From: a virus
IMG/VR virus record: IMGVR_UViG_3300027770_003399
Coordinates: 58,121 to 122,120 of that record
DNA length: 64,000 bases
Reading direction: 5' to 3' (one strand)
The position numbers and the translations under genes were made by a program. Positions 48,740-58,483 of this stretch are shown here, one piece after another. The notes beneath the pieces were generated by a model. That model saw only the letters and a list, made by a program, of their open reading frames with translations, was not told where the DNA came from and ran no database searches. How positions within the stretch are numbered: the first letter of the stretch is position 1; every line of letters begins with the position of its first letter.

Positions 48740-49315
48740 ATGGCGAATATCTTTATTGATTGTGGTTCTAATCTTGGTCAAGGATTGCAGCAAATTGCTT
48801 CAATCTATCGTATGGATGCTTCATGGATTGTCGAAACCTTCGAAGCAAATCCATATCTTATTAAGGCGCTTACGTCAAATCTTTCGCCTTTGCCTATGAT
48901 GATCACTATTCATAACAAAGCTGTGTGGGATCGGGATGGCGAAGTTTCTTTTTCAGTGATGTTGGAAGAATCGCAAGGATCGTCGGTCGAGAAATTGATG
49001 GCGGCAGCAGAGTGTGTTGACCAACATTCTGTTTCCTTTCGTAAGCACGATCACATCATCACCGTCCCGTGTATTGATATCTCGACGGCACTAAAAGTAT
49101 ATACCAAAGAAGATCGTATTGTCGTCAAGTTGGATGTCGAGGGATCTGAGTTTTGCATTCTTAGGAAGATGCTCGCTGATGGCACAATGGATCTAGTCGG
49201 CGACCTGTATATTGAATGGCACACCAAATATATTGCCTCTGAGAACAAAGAGACGGAGGCTGAATTGATACAACAAATCGTCGCACGGGGAGTAAAAATT
49301 CATGGATGGCACTAA
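48740..49315 (+). CDS. FkbM family methyltransferase
   Basis: IDCGSN.G, FEANP, KLDVEGSE, IEWH. Confidence 0.85.
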   Translation: MANIFIDCGSNLGQGLQQIASIYRMDASWIVETFEANPYLIKALTSNLSPLPMMITIHNKAVWDRDGEVSFSVMLEESQGSSVEKLMAAAECVDQHSVSFRKHDHIITVPCIDISTALKVYTKEDRIVVKLDVEGSEFCILRKMLADGTMDLVGDLYIEWHTKYIASENKETEAELIQQIVARGVKIHGWH

Positions 49316-49316
49316 T

Positions 49317-49877
49317 ATGAACTACATTGAAACATATTTACAAGAAGTGAAGATCATCTGCGACTCGATCTCCAAAAATGATATTGATAAGCTTGCAGAA
49401 GAGATCAACACGGTGAGGACCAATAAGGGTCGGTTATTTTTTTTGGGGGTCGGTGGAAGTGCTGGAAATGCCTCTCATGCTGTAAATGATTTTAGAAAAA
49501 TTCTTGGTATAGAGAGCTACTCCGTTTCTGAAAATGTCTCCGAACTGACAGCGAGGATCAATGATGATGGATGGGATACGAGTTATTCCAATTGGCTCAA
49601 AGTTTCCAATCTATCCAAAAAAGATGCGATCATCGTATTTTCAGTTGGTGGTGGATCGGCTACCACATCACAGAATCTTGCGTGTTCTGTTGATTTGGCA
49701 AAGGAAGTCGGAGCAAAGGTTCTTTCGGTTGTTAGCAGAGACGGTGGATATTGCAAGGAAAAATCTGATATTTGTGTCTTGATTCCTGTTGCTCATTCTG
49801 ATAGAATAACGGCACACGCAGAAGAGTGGCAAGGAATTATTTGGCACCTAGTGGTAAATCTTCTTTCTGGTAATTAA
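49317..49877 (+). CDS. gmhA: SIS-domain phosphoheptose isomerase (GmhA-like)
   Basis: GVGGSAGNASH..ND, NDDGW, EEWQ..IWH; next to a heptose kinase. Confidence 0.75.
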   Translation: MNYIETYLQEVKIICDSISKNDIDKLAEEINTVRTNKGRLFFLGVGGSAGNASHAVNDFRKILGIESYSVSENVSELTARINDDGWDTSYSNWLKVSNLSKKDAIIVFSVGGGSATTSQNLACSVDLAKEVGAKVLSVVSRDGGYCKEKSDICVLIPVAHSDRITAHAEEWQGIIWHLVVNLLSGN

Positions 49878-49879
49878 TT

Positions 49880-50572
49880 ATGAATATTGAAATATATGCA
49901 GACGGCTCGAGTTTTACGGAAATGGTATCAATATATAATACCAAAAAATTTGTAACCGGATTTACAACCAATCCTTCTCTGATGCGTAAAGAGAAGATAG
50001 ATAACTATGTCTCTTTTGTTGAAAAAGTAACAAGATATATAAAAGATCTTCCTATTTCATTCGAGGTATTTGCCGACGATCTTCCTGAAATGGAACGACA
50101 AGCAAAGATATTAGCTGGATTTGGAAAAAATATCTTTGTAAAGATTCCAGTAACTAATACTAGCGGAGAATCGACAAAGACGCTTATTAAATCTTTACTA
50201 GAAGATGCTATCATGGTAAATATAACAGCTGTATTTACTATCGAGCAAATAGATGAGCTTATTCCATATTTACAAGGGGGCCCTGCGATCCTTTCTATTT
50301 TTGCTGGTAGAATAGCAGATACTGGGATTGATCCAAAACCTATTATCAAGCATGGGATTAATTCAGTTCCAAGTAATGTAAAAATTTTATGGGCATCGCC
50401 AAGAGAGATTTACAATGTGTATGAAGCTGATCAACTTGGATGTCATATTATAACTATTTCTCAGGATATTCTTAAAAAACTCGAACTACAGAATAAAAAT
50501 TTAACAGAATATTCTCTAGAAACGGTAAAGATGTTCTATGATGATGCTAAAATTGCAGGATATATATTATGA
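49880..50572 (+). CDS. tal: Transaldolase (short TalC/FSA type)
   Basis: GFTTNPSL, ISFEVF, VKIP, NITAVF, SIFAGRI.D. Confidence 0.9.
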   Translation: MNIEIYADGSSFTEMVSIYNTKKFVTGFTTNPSLMRKEKIDNYVSFVEKVTRYIKDLPISFEVFADDLPEMERQAKILAGFGKNIFVKIPVTNTSGESTKTLIKSLLEDAIMVNITAVFTIEQIDELIPYLQGGPAILSIFAGRIADTGIDPKPIIKHGINSVPSNVKILWASPREIYNVYEADQLGCHIITISQDILKKLELQNKNLTEYSLETVKMFYDDAKIAGYIL

Positions 50573-51573
50573 TTATCTCTAAGACTCCACTTAGAATTAC
50601 TTTAGCTGGTGGGGGAACCGACTTGCCAGACTTTTATTCTAGATACGGTGGCTGTGTTACCAGTATGGCTATAGATAAATATATTTATATAAGCTTTAAA
50701 AAAAATATTTTAGAGAATATTATAAGATTGTCATATCTAAAAATAGAGTCGGTCGATTCAATAGATCAATTAAGAAATGAACGAGCCAGAGAGACTATCA
50801 GATATTTTATACCTGAGCTATTAGGAAATGGAAGAGGCGGAGGATTTGAGATTTCAAGTATATCAGACTTGCCTTGTGGTAGCGGTTTGGGCTCTTCTGG
50901 AAGCTATCTAGTAGGACTTATCAATTTATTACAACACTCTCTGGATTATAGACTATCTAAAAAAAATATAGCAGATATAGCTTGTCATATAGAAATAGAT
51001 GTGCTAAATGAACCAGTAGGAAAACAGGATCAATTTATAGCTGCATATGGAGGAATAACCACATTCACTATAAGTAAAGATGGAAATGTTATAGAGCAAA
51101 AATTATATCTGGAGAACCCAGAGGATTTCCTGTCTAAAAATAGAATCTATTATACTGGATTGCAAAGAAATGCCTCAAATATTTTACAAGCTCAAAAAGA
51201 AGATATTTTTAATTTTGAAAGAAGAATGTTAAAGATACAAGAAATTAGTCATATGTCACTTGACGCTATCAAAAGAGGAGACTATGATATGTATGGAGAA
51301 CTCTTAAATCAACACTGGCAAGAAAAAAGGCTTCTAAATTCAACTATGACGAACCACGAAATAGACAGTGTCTATAATACTCTCTTGGAGAATGATTATA
51401 TTTTGGGCGGGAAAATAATAGGGGCTGGTGGGGGAGGATTCTTATTATTATATAGCCACAAGGATCACTGTTATGTTGATGAATATATGAAGAATAATAA
51501 TTTTATTAAGCTTGATTATAAGATCTCTCAGAATGGGTCAGAAATAGTCTATGATGATACAAGAAATAATTAA
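50569..51573 (+). CDS. hddA: GHMP sugar kinase (HddA-like heptose-7-P kinase)
   Basis: TPLRITLAGGGTD, GSGLGSS, GKQDQ, GAGGGGF. Confidence 0.82.
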   Translation: MIISKTPLRITLAGGGTDLPDFYSRYGGCVTSMAIDKYIYISFKKNILENIIRLSYLKIESVDSIDQLRNERARETIRYFIPELLGNGRGGGFEISSISDLPCGSGLGSSGSYLVGLINLLQHSLDYRLSKKNIADIACHIEIDVLNEPVGKQDQFIAAYGGITTFTISKDGNVIEQKLYLENPEDFLSKNRIYYTGLQRNASNILQAQKEDIFNFERRMLKIQEISHMSLDAIKRGDYDMYGELLNQHWQEKRLLNSTMTNHEIDSVYNTLLENDYILGGKIIGAGGGGFLLLYSHKDHCYVDEYMKNNNFIKLDYKISQNGSEIVYDDTRNN

Positions 51574-51589
51574 ATTAAAGGGATAATAT

Positions 51590-52537
51590 ATGGAATTTAA
51601 TAAAGCTATAGTTACTGGGGGAAGTGGATTTATTGGTGGTCATATTGTGGACTATCTAGTATCAATAGGTAAGGATGTTACCGTAATAGATAATGAATCG
51701 GCACAAGGTAATGACATATTTTATAAAAACGCTGGGGCTGTCTATCATAATAGAGACATCTCTTCTTATGAGGATATCTCTCCTATTTTCAAAGGCATTG
51801 ATGTTGTTTTTCATCTAGCGGCAGAATCACGCATTCAGCCATCTATACTAAATCCTATACAAGCAACTAGAACTAATATTATTGGAACGTGCAATGTGCT
51901 TCAGGCATCAAGAGAGCACAATATAGACAGGGTTATATATTCCTCTACTTCTGCTTGTTATGGATTAATAAATACTCCTCCACTAGTAGAAGACATGCCC
52001 AAAGACCATCTAAATCCATATTCTTTAACTAAATGTGCAGGAGAAGATCTTTGTGTTATGTATACTAAATTATTTAAACTTAAAACAATTTCACTAAGAT
52101 ATTTTAATGTATATGGTGCAAGGGCCCCTACTGTTGGGCAGTATTCGCCTGTTGTTGGACTACTTTTAAAACAATCAAAAGAGGGCCAGCCTATGACAAT
52201 AGTCGGTGATGGTCTACAAGAAAGAGACTTTGTTCATATATCAGATGTTATTTCTGCCAATGTTTTAGCAGCTACTACCTTTAACGAGGAAGCATTTGGA
52301 CAAGTTTTTAATGTCGGAACAGGTTCTTCAGCATCCATACTATCTCTCGCTAATTTTATAGGAACGGGACATTGTTTTATAGATGCTAGAGTAGGAGAAG
52401 CTAGAAACACTCTGGCAGACTCAACAAAAGCAAAGACTATTCTGGGCTGGGTACCAACAAAAAATATTTTTGAATATCTATCAGATGAAATAAATAAAGA
52501 TCAAGATACAGATATTGCTAGGGAAAACGATGATTGA
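51590..52537 (+). CDS. NDP-sugar epimerase
   Basis: TGGSGFIG, YSLTK, LRYFNVYG, GDG.Q.RDF. Confidence 0.9.
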   Translation: MEFNKAIVTGGSGFIGGHIVDYLVSIGKDVTVIDNESAQGNDIFYKNAGAVYHNRDISSYEDISPIFKGIDVVFHLAAESRIQPSILNPIQATRTNIIGTCNVLQASREHNIDRVIYSSTSACYGLINTPPLVEDMPKDHLNPYSLTKCAGEDLCVMYTKLFKLKTISLRYFNVYGARAPTVGQYSPVVGLLLKQSKEGQPMTIVGDGLQERDFVHISDVISANVLAATTFNEEAFGQVFNVGTGSSASILSLANFIGTGHCFIDARVGEARNTLADSTKAKTILGWVPTKNIFEYLSDEINKDQDTDIARENDD

Positions 52538-53234
52538 AATAGATAGTGCTGATAACAGAGACTTTATGATTCACCACCATCTCGGAACAGGTGATCATTT
52601 TATTTGTAATGGATTAGTGAATTATATCTGTTCTGAGATAGAAAAAGAAACAGAAAAATGTCTACAGTCTTCTCCCTTGGTATATCTAGCTTGTAAAAAG
52701 AGAAATATCGAGACCGTTTCTTATTTATATAGCGACAATAAAATGGTTATACCTATAGAGATTGGAGACAATGAAATAGAGTACGTCAATAGTTTTGTTA
52801 AACTAAATAATTTAAAACTTATTAGAATAGGATTTGACAAGTGTGACAACAATAATTTTGAAGAATCTTTTTATAAACAGTTTGATATTCCATATAATTT
52901 TAGGTATGAGTACTTTAGACTGCCAAAAACAAAATTTCCGAAAATGCTACAAACTCCTAATGAAAGATTCATATTAATTCATGACACTTGCAGTGATGCA
53001 AAATATGATTTAGACATAGAGACATCTTTAACAAAAGTATATTTTGAAAGCAATGAGCCACTTTTCGCCCACATGGATTTGATAAAAAAAGCTTGGGAGA
53101 TTCATTGTATAAATAGTTCCATATATCACCTAATAGAAAATATGAGAGACGATTTGTCTTCAGGTTTATTCTTCCACAATGTTAGACAAACCTCCGTCCC
53201 CTGCAAAACATCTAAAAAATGGACGGTGGTATGA
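52530..53234 (+). CDS. Hypothetical protein (glycan locus)
   Basis: HHLGTGDHFICNG and IHCINSS motifs. Confidence 0.5.
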   Translation: MIEIDSADNRDFMIHHHLGTGDHFICNGLVNYICSEIEKETEKCLQSSPLVYLACKKRNIETVSYLYSDNKMVIPIEIGDNEIEYVNSFVKLNNLKLIRIGFDKCDNNNFEESFYKQFDIPYNFRYEYFRLPKTKFPKMLQTPNERFILIHDTCSDAKYDLDIETSLTKVYFESNEPLFAHMDLIKKAWEIHCINSSIYHLIENMRDDLSSGLFFHNVRQTSVPCKTSKKWTVV

Positions 53235-54067
53235 ATCTCCTATATATAAATGAGCTATCTGTTCTGCACAACAATACTGATATTATTTTTTGTAAAACAG
53301 ACTTTTTAATAAAAGAATTCTATGAAATAAAACAAAGGGGCATCGACACCATCTTAATATCTGGTAATTCAGATTATGGAATAGATGATAAAATATGCTC
53401 ACTTGTGCCAAGCAATGTCATTAAGTGGTATTGTCAGAATGCTCTATCTACTTCTTGCGATATACTAGAACCTATTCCAATAGGATTAGAAAATAAAAAT
53501 ATTTCATATAGGGATGGTCATGGCATAAGCTACCCAGAAAGAGCATCTCTTAAAGAACAACTGATCAGAGACAATAGAAGCATGTCTTTACAAGAGCCTA
53601 GTACCTATCCAAAAAAATATATTTATGCGAACTTCAACACTGCTACTAATCCTGAATATAGGAATAATATAAGAGATGTTGTGCAGAATATTGATCATAT
53701 TGAGTGGGAAAATCCAGAAAGCTCTTTTCAAGACCATACGGCCATTTCTTTCTTTTTTCATAAGATAATGAACTATAAAATGGTTCTTTGCCCAGCTGGT
53801 AATGGAATTGATACCCATAGACTATGGGAGACTCTATACTCCAATAGGATTCCTATAACCATTAAAACTGGAAACTATAAAATATATGAGCTATATGAAA
53901 AACTCCCTATTGTTATTTTAGACAGACCTCAAGATCTATTAGACTATCGGTTAATTGATAGTAAATACCAAGAAGTAATCAATAAGACATATAATATGGA
54001 TCTGTTGAAAGCTGATTATTGGAAGAATAAAATTTTATCAAACAAAAAGGTTGCTACATTAAAATGA
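53231..54067 (+). CDS. Exostosin-like / putative glycosyltransferase
   Basis: LCPAGNGIDTHRLWE.LY...PI. Confidence 0.55.
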   Translation: MNLLYINELSVLHNNTDIIFCKTDFLIKEFYEIKQRGIDTILISGNSDYGIDDKICSLVPSNVIKWYCQNALSTSCDILEPIPIGLENKNISYRDGHGISYPERASLKEQLIRDNRSMSLQEPSTYPKKYIYANFNTATNPEYRNNIRDVVQNIDHIEWENPESSFQDHTAISFFFHKIMNYKMVLCPAGNGIDTHRLWETLYSNRIPITIKTGNYKIYELYEKLPIVILDRPQDLLDYRLIDSKYQEVINKTYNMDLLKADYWKNKILSNKKVATLK

Positions 54068-54780
54068 AGTATAAGTGCTCACTGTTCTGTTCTCTGTACA
54101 AGGGCGAGAAATTTATTCAAGGATATATAGAAGATGTTCTTGCTCAGTCTATTTTCAAAGATATTGAATTTATTTTTTTAGACTGTAATTCTCCAGAAAA
54201 TGAAAAAGATTTTATTATTCCTTTAACAAAAGAATATTCCAACATAAAATATCATAGGCTTGATAATGATCCAGGACTATACTCAGCATGGAATATTGCA
54301 GTTAAGATGTGTTCGTCTAAAATAATTGGAAACTGGAATGTCGATGATAGAAAAAATAGCAATGGAATTGAACTCTTATTAAAAAAAATAATAAAATATC
54401 CAGAGATAGATATGATTTATGGTTTTACTTATGTGTCAAAAATAGCTAATGAAAAATATGATGACAATTCTTTTCAAGAGATTTATCCATATCTCCCTCA
54501 TTCTACAGAGAATTTACTCAAAAACAACTCTCCTCATTGTATGCCATTATGGAGAAAAGATTTGCATGAAAAATTTGGATACTTTGACGAAAATTATAAA
54601 TGCGCATCTGATGGAGATATGTGGTTGCGTTTTTCTGTCGGAGGAGCTATAATAGGTTTGATGAATCATCCGGTGGGCCTGTACTACCAAAACCCAACTG
54701 GTAGATCAACCGATCCAACGAATCTAAAAGAAAATATTGAAGAAGTACAAAAAATGAGAAGTAAATATATTGGAGCTTAA
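54064..54780 (+). CDS. GT2 glycosyltransferase
   Basis: SLYKGEKFI, LYSAWN, NVDDR, DGDMWLR. Confidence 0.85.
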   Translation: MKYKCSLFCSLYKGEKFIQGYIEDVLAQSIFKDIEFIFLDCNSPENEKDFIIPLTKEYSNIKYHRLDNDPGLYSAWNIAVKMCSSKIIGNWNVDDRKNSNGIELLLKKIIKYPEIDMIYGFTYVSKIANEKYDDNSFQEIYPYLPHSTENLLKNNSPHCMPLWRKDLHEKFGYFDENYKCASDGDMWLRFSVGGAIIGLMNHPVGLYYQNPTGRSTDPTNLKENIEEVQKMRSKYIGA

Positions 54781-54781
54781 T

Positions 54782-54943
54782 ATGGACTATGTTTTATTTG
54801 TTTGCATTATAATGACCTCACTATCCGGAATTATTAATGGACTATTAAAAGTCCAAAGAGCAAAGACGAACTCATCTCTTGGGGTAGGGTCATCTAGGAA
54901 TATTTTTACATTTATGTTTACAGACAAATATACCAATGACTAG
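54782..54943 (+). CDS. Small membrane protein (53 aa), not in the ORF track
   Basis: GGAG SD, hydrophobic N-terminus, fills the gap. Confidence 0.4.
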   Translation: MDYVLFVCIIMTSLSGIINGLLKVQRAKTNSSLGVGSSRNIFTFMFTDKYTND

Positions 54944-54958
54944 TAGTGTTAATTATTA

Positions 54959-55528
54959 ATGAATAGATTAAAAAATCAAAGAGTCTATCTTGCTGGCCCA
55001 ATGGATAGGTGCCCAGATAATGGTAAAACATGGAGAGAGGATATTACTCCTTTCCTAATAGATATGGGAGCTATAGTTCTCAATCCAATATCAAAACCTA
55101 TAAACATAGCAAAAGAAGACATGGGGTCAAGAGAATATAAGAAGTCTCTAAAGGATCTTCAAAACTATGATGGTCTAGCTGTATTTATGAAAGAAATTAG
55201 AAATGTTGACTTAAGAATGGTCGATATTAGTGATTTTCTAATAGTAAATATTGATTTGGATATATATCCCTGTGGTACTATGGAAGAAATTTTTTTAGGA
55301 AATAGAGAAAAAAAACCCATAATATTGCACATGAAACAAGGTAAACAGAATACCCCAGATTGGCTTTTTGGGGCCATTCCTCATCAGCTGATATTTTCTT
55401 CTTGGGAAGAGATAAGAGGTTACCTTAATCATATCAATACTAGCAGCAGTATAGATTCGTATAAAAGATGGTATTTTTTTGATATGGAAACAATAAAAAA
55501 GAGTAAAAGTGCAAAAAATAATAAATGA
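54959..55528 (+). CDS. Nucleoside 2-deoxyribosyltransferase-like protein
   Basis: VYLAGPMD, LNP, D...V..SD, GT.EE. Confidence 0.7.
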   Translation: MNRLKNQRVYLAGPMDRCPDNGKTWREDITPFLIDMGAIVLNPISKPINIAKEDMGSREYKKSLKDLQNYDGLAVFMKEIRNVDLRMVDISDFLIVNIDLDIYPCGTMEEIFLGNREKKPIILHMKQGKQNTPDWLFGAIPHQLIFSSWEEIRGYLNHINTSSSIDSYKRWYFFDMETIKKSKSAKNNK

Positions 55529-56657
55529 ATTAAAATTAGATTTTGATGATGTTCTTATTAAACCCAGAAGATCTAATCTATCTAGTCGATCAGAAGTTGG
55601 TCTAATTAGAGATTTTAAGTTTCTGTATTCTCCAAGATTATTATCTTGTGTTCCTATAATGGTAGCCAATATGGATACTACTGGAACAATGGCTATGGCA
55701 GATAAAACTATAGAGCATAACTGTATTACGTGTCTACATAAGCACTATAGTGTCGAAGATGTTGTAACCTATTTTACTTCCAGGAAAGATAAGTCGGATC
55801 TAGTATTTTATTCAACAGGAGTATCTCATTCAGATATTCAAAAGCTTACTGCTATAATGAATGGTCTAAAAATTAATGGTCTAAAAACTAATAATATTTC
55901 CTTACCAAACATCTGTATAGATGTTGCTAATGGTTATCATGAAAAATTTGTTAAAAACATCAGACATATTAGAGACTTATATCCCGAGATAATCATTATG
56001 GCTGGCAATGTTGTTACTCCAGAAATGGTTGAAGAATTAATTATTCATGGTAAAGTAGATATAGTGAAAGTTGGAATAGGTTCAGGATCTGTTTGTACGA
56101 CCAGATTAAAAACAGGTGTGGGATATCCTCAACTATCAGCAGTAATCGAGTGTAGCGATGCTGCACATGGCTTGGGCGGGCATCTGTGTTCTGACGGTGG
56201 ATGTAAAAATCCCGGAGATTTTGCTAAAGCTTTTGGAGCTAATGCTGACTTTGTTATGTCTGGCAGTATGTTTGCTGGGTGCGACGAGTGCGAAGGAGAA
56301 TGGAAATATGAATATCTAGCAAATATTTCTGGTGTTCCTTTTTGGCAACCTATGTCCCCGCATAATATTACAGATGCTCAGGCTCAAACAACAACAAGAA
56401 AAACCCATCTAGAATTTTATGGTATGTCATCTAGGAAAGCTATGACAAAACATAGTAATGGGGTAGCTAAATATAAAACGGACGAGGGTAAATGCGTTAC
56501 CATTCCATACAAGGGACTAGCATCAGAAACTATACAAGATATTTTAGGGGGACTAAGAAGCTCTGGAACATATATAGGAGCCTCTAAAATAAAAGATTTT
56601 GGTAAAAAAACAACATTTATACAGGTCACTAGTACTCATAATAAGATATATAACTAA
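55509..56657 (+). CDS. guaC: GMP reductase
   Basis: LDFDDVLIKP, ANMDT, IDVANGY, VKVGIGSGSVCTTR, FYGMSS, EG, GGLRS. Confidence 0.92.
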   Translation: MQKIINELKLDFDDVLIKPRRSNLSSRSEVGLIRDFKFLYSPRLLSCVPIMVANMDTTGTMAMADKTIEHNCITCLHKHYSVEDVVTYFTSRKDKSDLVFYSTGVSHSDIQKLTAIMNGLKINGLKTNNISLPNICIDVANGYHEKFVKNIRHIRDLYPEIIIMAGNVVTPEMVEELIIHGKVDIVKVGIGSGSVCTTRLKTGVGYPQLSAVIECSDAAHGLGGHLCSDGGCKNPGDFAKAFGANADFVMSGSMFAGCDECEGEWKYEYLANISGVPFWQPMSPHNITDAQAQTTTRKTHLEFYGMSSRKAMTKHSNGVAKYKTDEGKCVTIPYKGLASETIQDILGGLRSSGTYIGASKIKDFGKKTTFIQVTSTHNKIYN

Positions 56658-57733
56658 TGAAAAATAAATTATTTCACATAAATTACAACGCTCCCGTATG
56701 CTTGACTGGCTATGGTATTGCGTCTCTAAACATATTAAGAGAGCTTTATAAGATAGATAATAATATTATTTCATATTTCCCTATTGGACAGCCCCTTATA
56801 CAGAATGAGAATGATCAAAAAATACTTTCCGAAATGTTTAATAATAGACACCTATTTGATATTGATGCTCCATTTATAAAAATATGGCACCAGTTTGATT
56901 TGGGCTCCAGAATAGGCAAGGGTAAATATTTTGCTTTTCCCTTTTTTGAATTAGACACTTTTAATAAATCAGAGCGTATTCATATGTCTGTTCCAGATAC
57001 TTTATTCCTTTCTAGCAAATGGGCTCAAGATATAGTAAGATTAAATAATATAAAGACTGAATCTTATATTGTGCCTCTGGGAGTAGATAGGGGTGTTTTT
57101 GACCATAATATAAAATCAACAAGAGTGGATAATAAATATGTTTTTCTCAATATCGGAAAATGGGAAGTTCGTAAAGGCCATGATATTTTATTGGAATTAT
57201 TCAATAGGGCTTTTCCAAATGAATCAGATGTTGAATTATGTATTTTGGCTTCTGAGATAACTAACAGCTATTCTAATAGTGATGAATTAATTAAATGGAA
57301 ATCTATGTATAATTCACCAAGAGTAAAACTATTAAGTGGACTTGAGACCAACGAGCAGGTCGCACAACTTATAGCAAATTCAGATTGTGGTATTTATCCT
57401 TCAAGAGCAGAAGGTTGGAATCTAGAATTATTAGAATCAATGTCTATGAATAAACCAGTAATAGCAACTAACTATTCATCTCACACAGAATTTTGCAATG
57501 AGGATAATTCTTTTTTAATAGATATTGATGAATTAGAGCCTGCTCACGATGGAAAAGTATTTAGCGGACAGGGTAAATGGGCAAAGATAGGAGAACAACA
57601 AAAAGAACAAATAATAAATCATATGAGATATGCTTATAATAATAGGTTGTCTCAAAATCCCAAAGGCGTAGAAACAGCTAAAAAATATTCATGGGCAAAT
57701 TCTGCAAGAATTATCATGGACATAATTCAATAA
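56657..57733 (+). CDS. GT4 glycosyltransferase
   Basis: RKGHD, PSRAEGWNL.LLE.M...PVIATNYS. Confidence 0.88.
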   Translation: MKNKLFHINYNAPVCLTGYGIASLNILRELYKIDNNIISYFPIGQPLIQNENDQKILSEMFNNRHLFDIDAPFIKIWHQFDLGSRIGKGKYFAFPFFELDTFNKSERIHMSVPDTLFLSSKWAQDIVRLNNIKTESYIVPLGVDRGVFDHNIKSTRVDNKYVFLNIGKWEVRKGHDILLELFNRAFPNESDVELCILASEITNSYSNSDELIKWKSMYNSPRVKLLSGLETNEQVAQLIANSDCGIYPSRAEGWNLELLESMSMNKPVIATNYSSHTEFCNEDNSFLIDIDELEPAHDGKVFSGQGKWAKIGEQQKEQIINHMRYAYNNRLSQNPKGVETAKKYSWANSARIIMDIIQ

Positions 57734-57744
57734 AAAATAGGGGC

Positions 57745-57773
57745 TTGACATTCAACCAGCTATGATGTATGCT
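57745..57773 (+). promoter_or_regulatory. Sigma70-type promoter for the sigma-factor gene
   Basis: TTGACA-17-TATGCT. Confidence 0.7.
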
Positions 57774-57877
57774 CAGATAGATCAGCAGGATATTTGAATA
57801 AAAACTCAAGTCCCCTGATTATCTTGTCGATATCAATTTTAGAACAAGATACCATTAGTTTCAAAACAAGGAATATC

Positions 57878-58483
57878 ATGACAAAAACTATGAAGAAATA
57901 CGACACATTGGACTCATACCTAAGTCTAGCGAAGAAGACGATCTCAAAATTTGGTCCATCTTTTTATAATAGTCTTGCAAGAGAGATGCTCAATAGCGCA
58001 GAAGCTGTTTCAGACATAGCCACAGCTATTATGTATGCTGACTGGAGATTTGACTCAGAAAGATCTGGAAGACAGGGTCTCAAAAAAACCATATATTCCT
58101 ATCGTAATCAGTGTGCCATATGGGCAATTAAGACATATATAAGCAATAAGTATAAAAATAAAAAGAATATTCTAAGTATTGATTTTGAAAACGATAGCAA
58201 CTCAACAGGATTAACAGGAACTATTCAGGACAAGAAAGCTAGTTGTCCGATAGATATATTGATCTTAGAAGAGAGTGCTGATATGCTATCCTCAGACATA
58301 GCTTCTTTACTTGACAATAATTTAATATCCGAAAAACAAAAAGAGCAGATTAAGCTGTATTATTTTGAAGATGAAACTCTTTCATCAATAGGTTTAAAGT
58401 TTGGAGTTTCTAGAGAAGCTGTTAGACAAAATATTAAAAGGGCTATGGACATCATTAAAAAGAATGACTTATACAACCAATGA
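57878..58483 (+). CDS. Phage sigma-70-like transcription factor
   Basis: Region-2-like SYRNQCAIWAI; region-4 HTH YYFEDETLSSIGLKFGVSREAVRQ. Confidence 0.75.
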   Translation: MTKTMKKYDTLDSYLSLAKKTISKFGPSFYNSLAREMLNSAEAVSDIATAIMYADWRFDSERSGRQGLKKTIYSYRNQCAIWAIKTYISNKYKNKKNILSIDFENDSNSTGLTGTIQDKKASCPIDILILEESADMLSSDIASLLDNNLISEKQKEQIKLYYFEDETLSSIGLKFGVSREAVRQNIKRAMDIIKKNDLYNQ

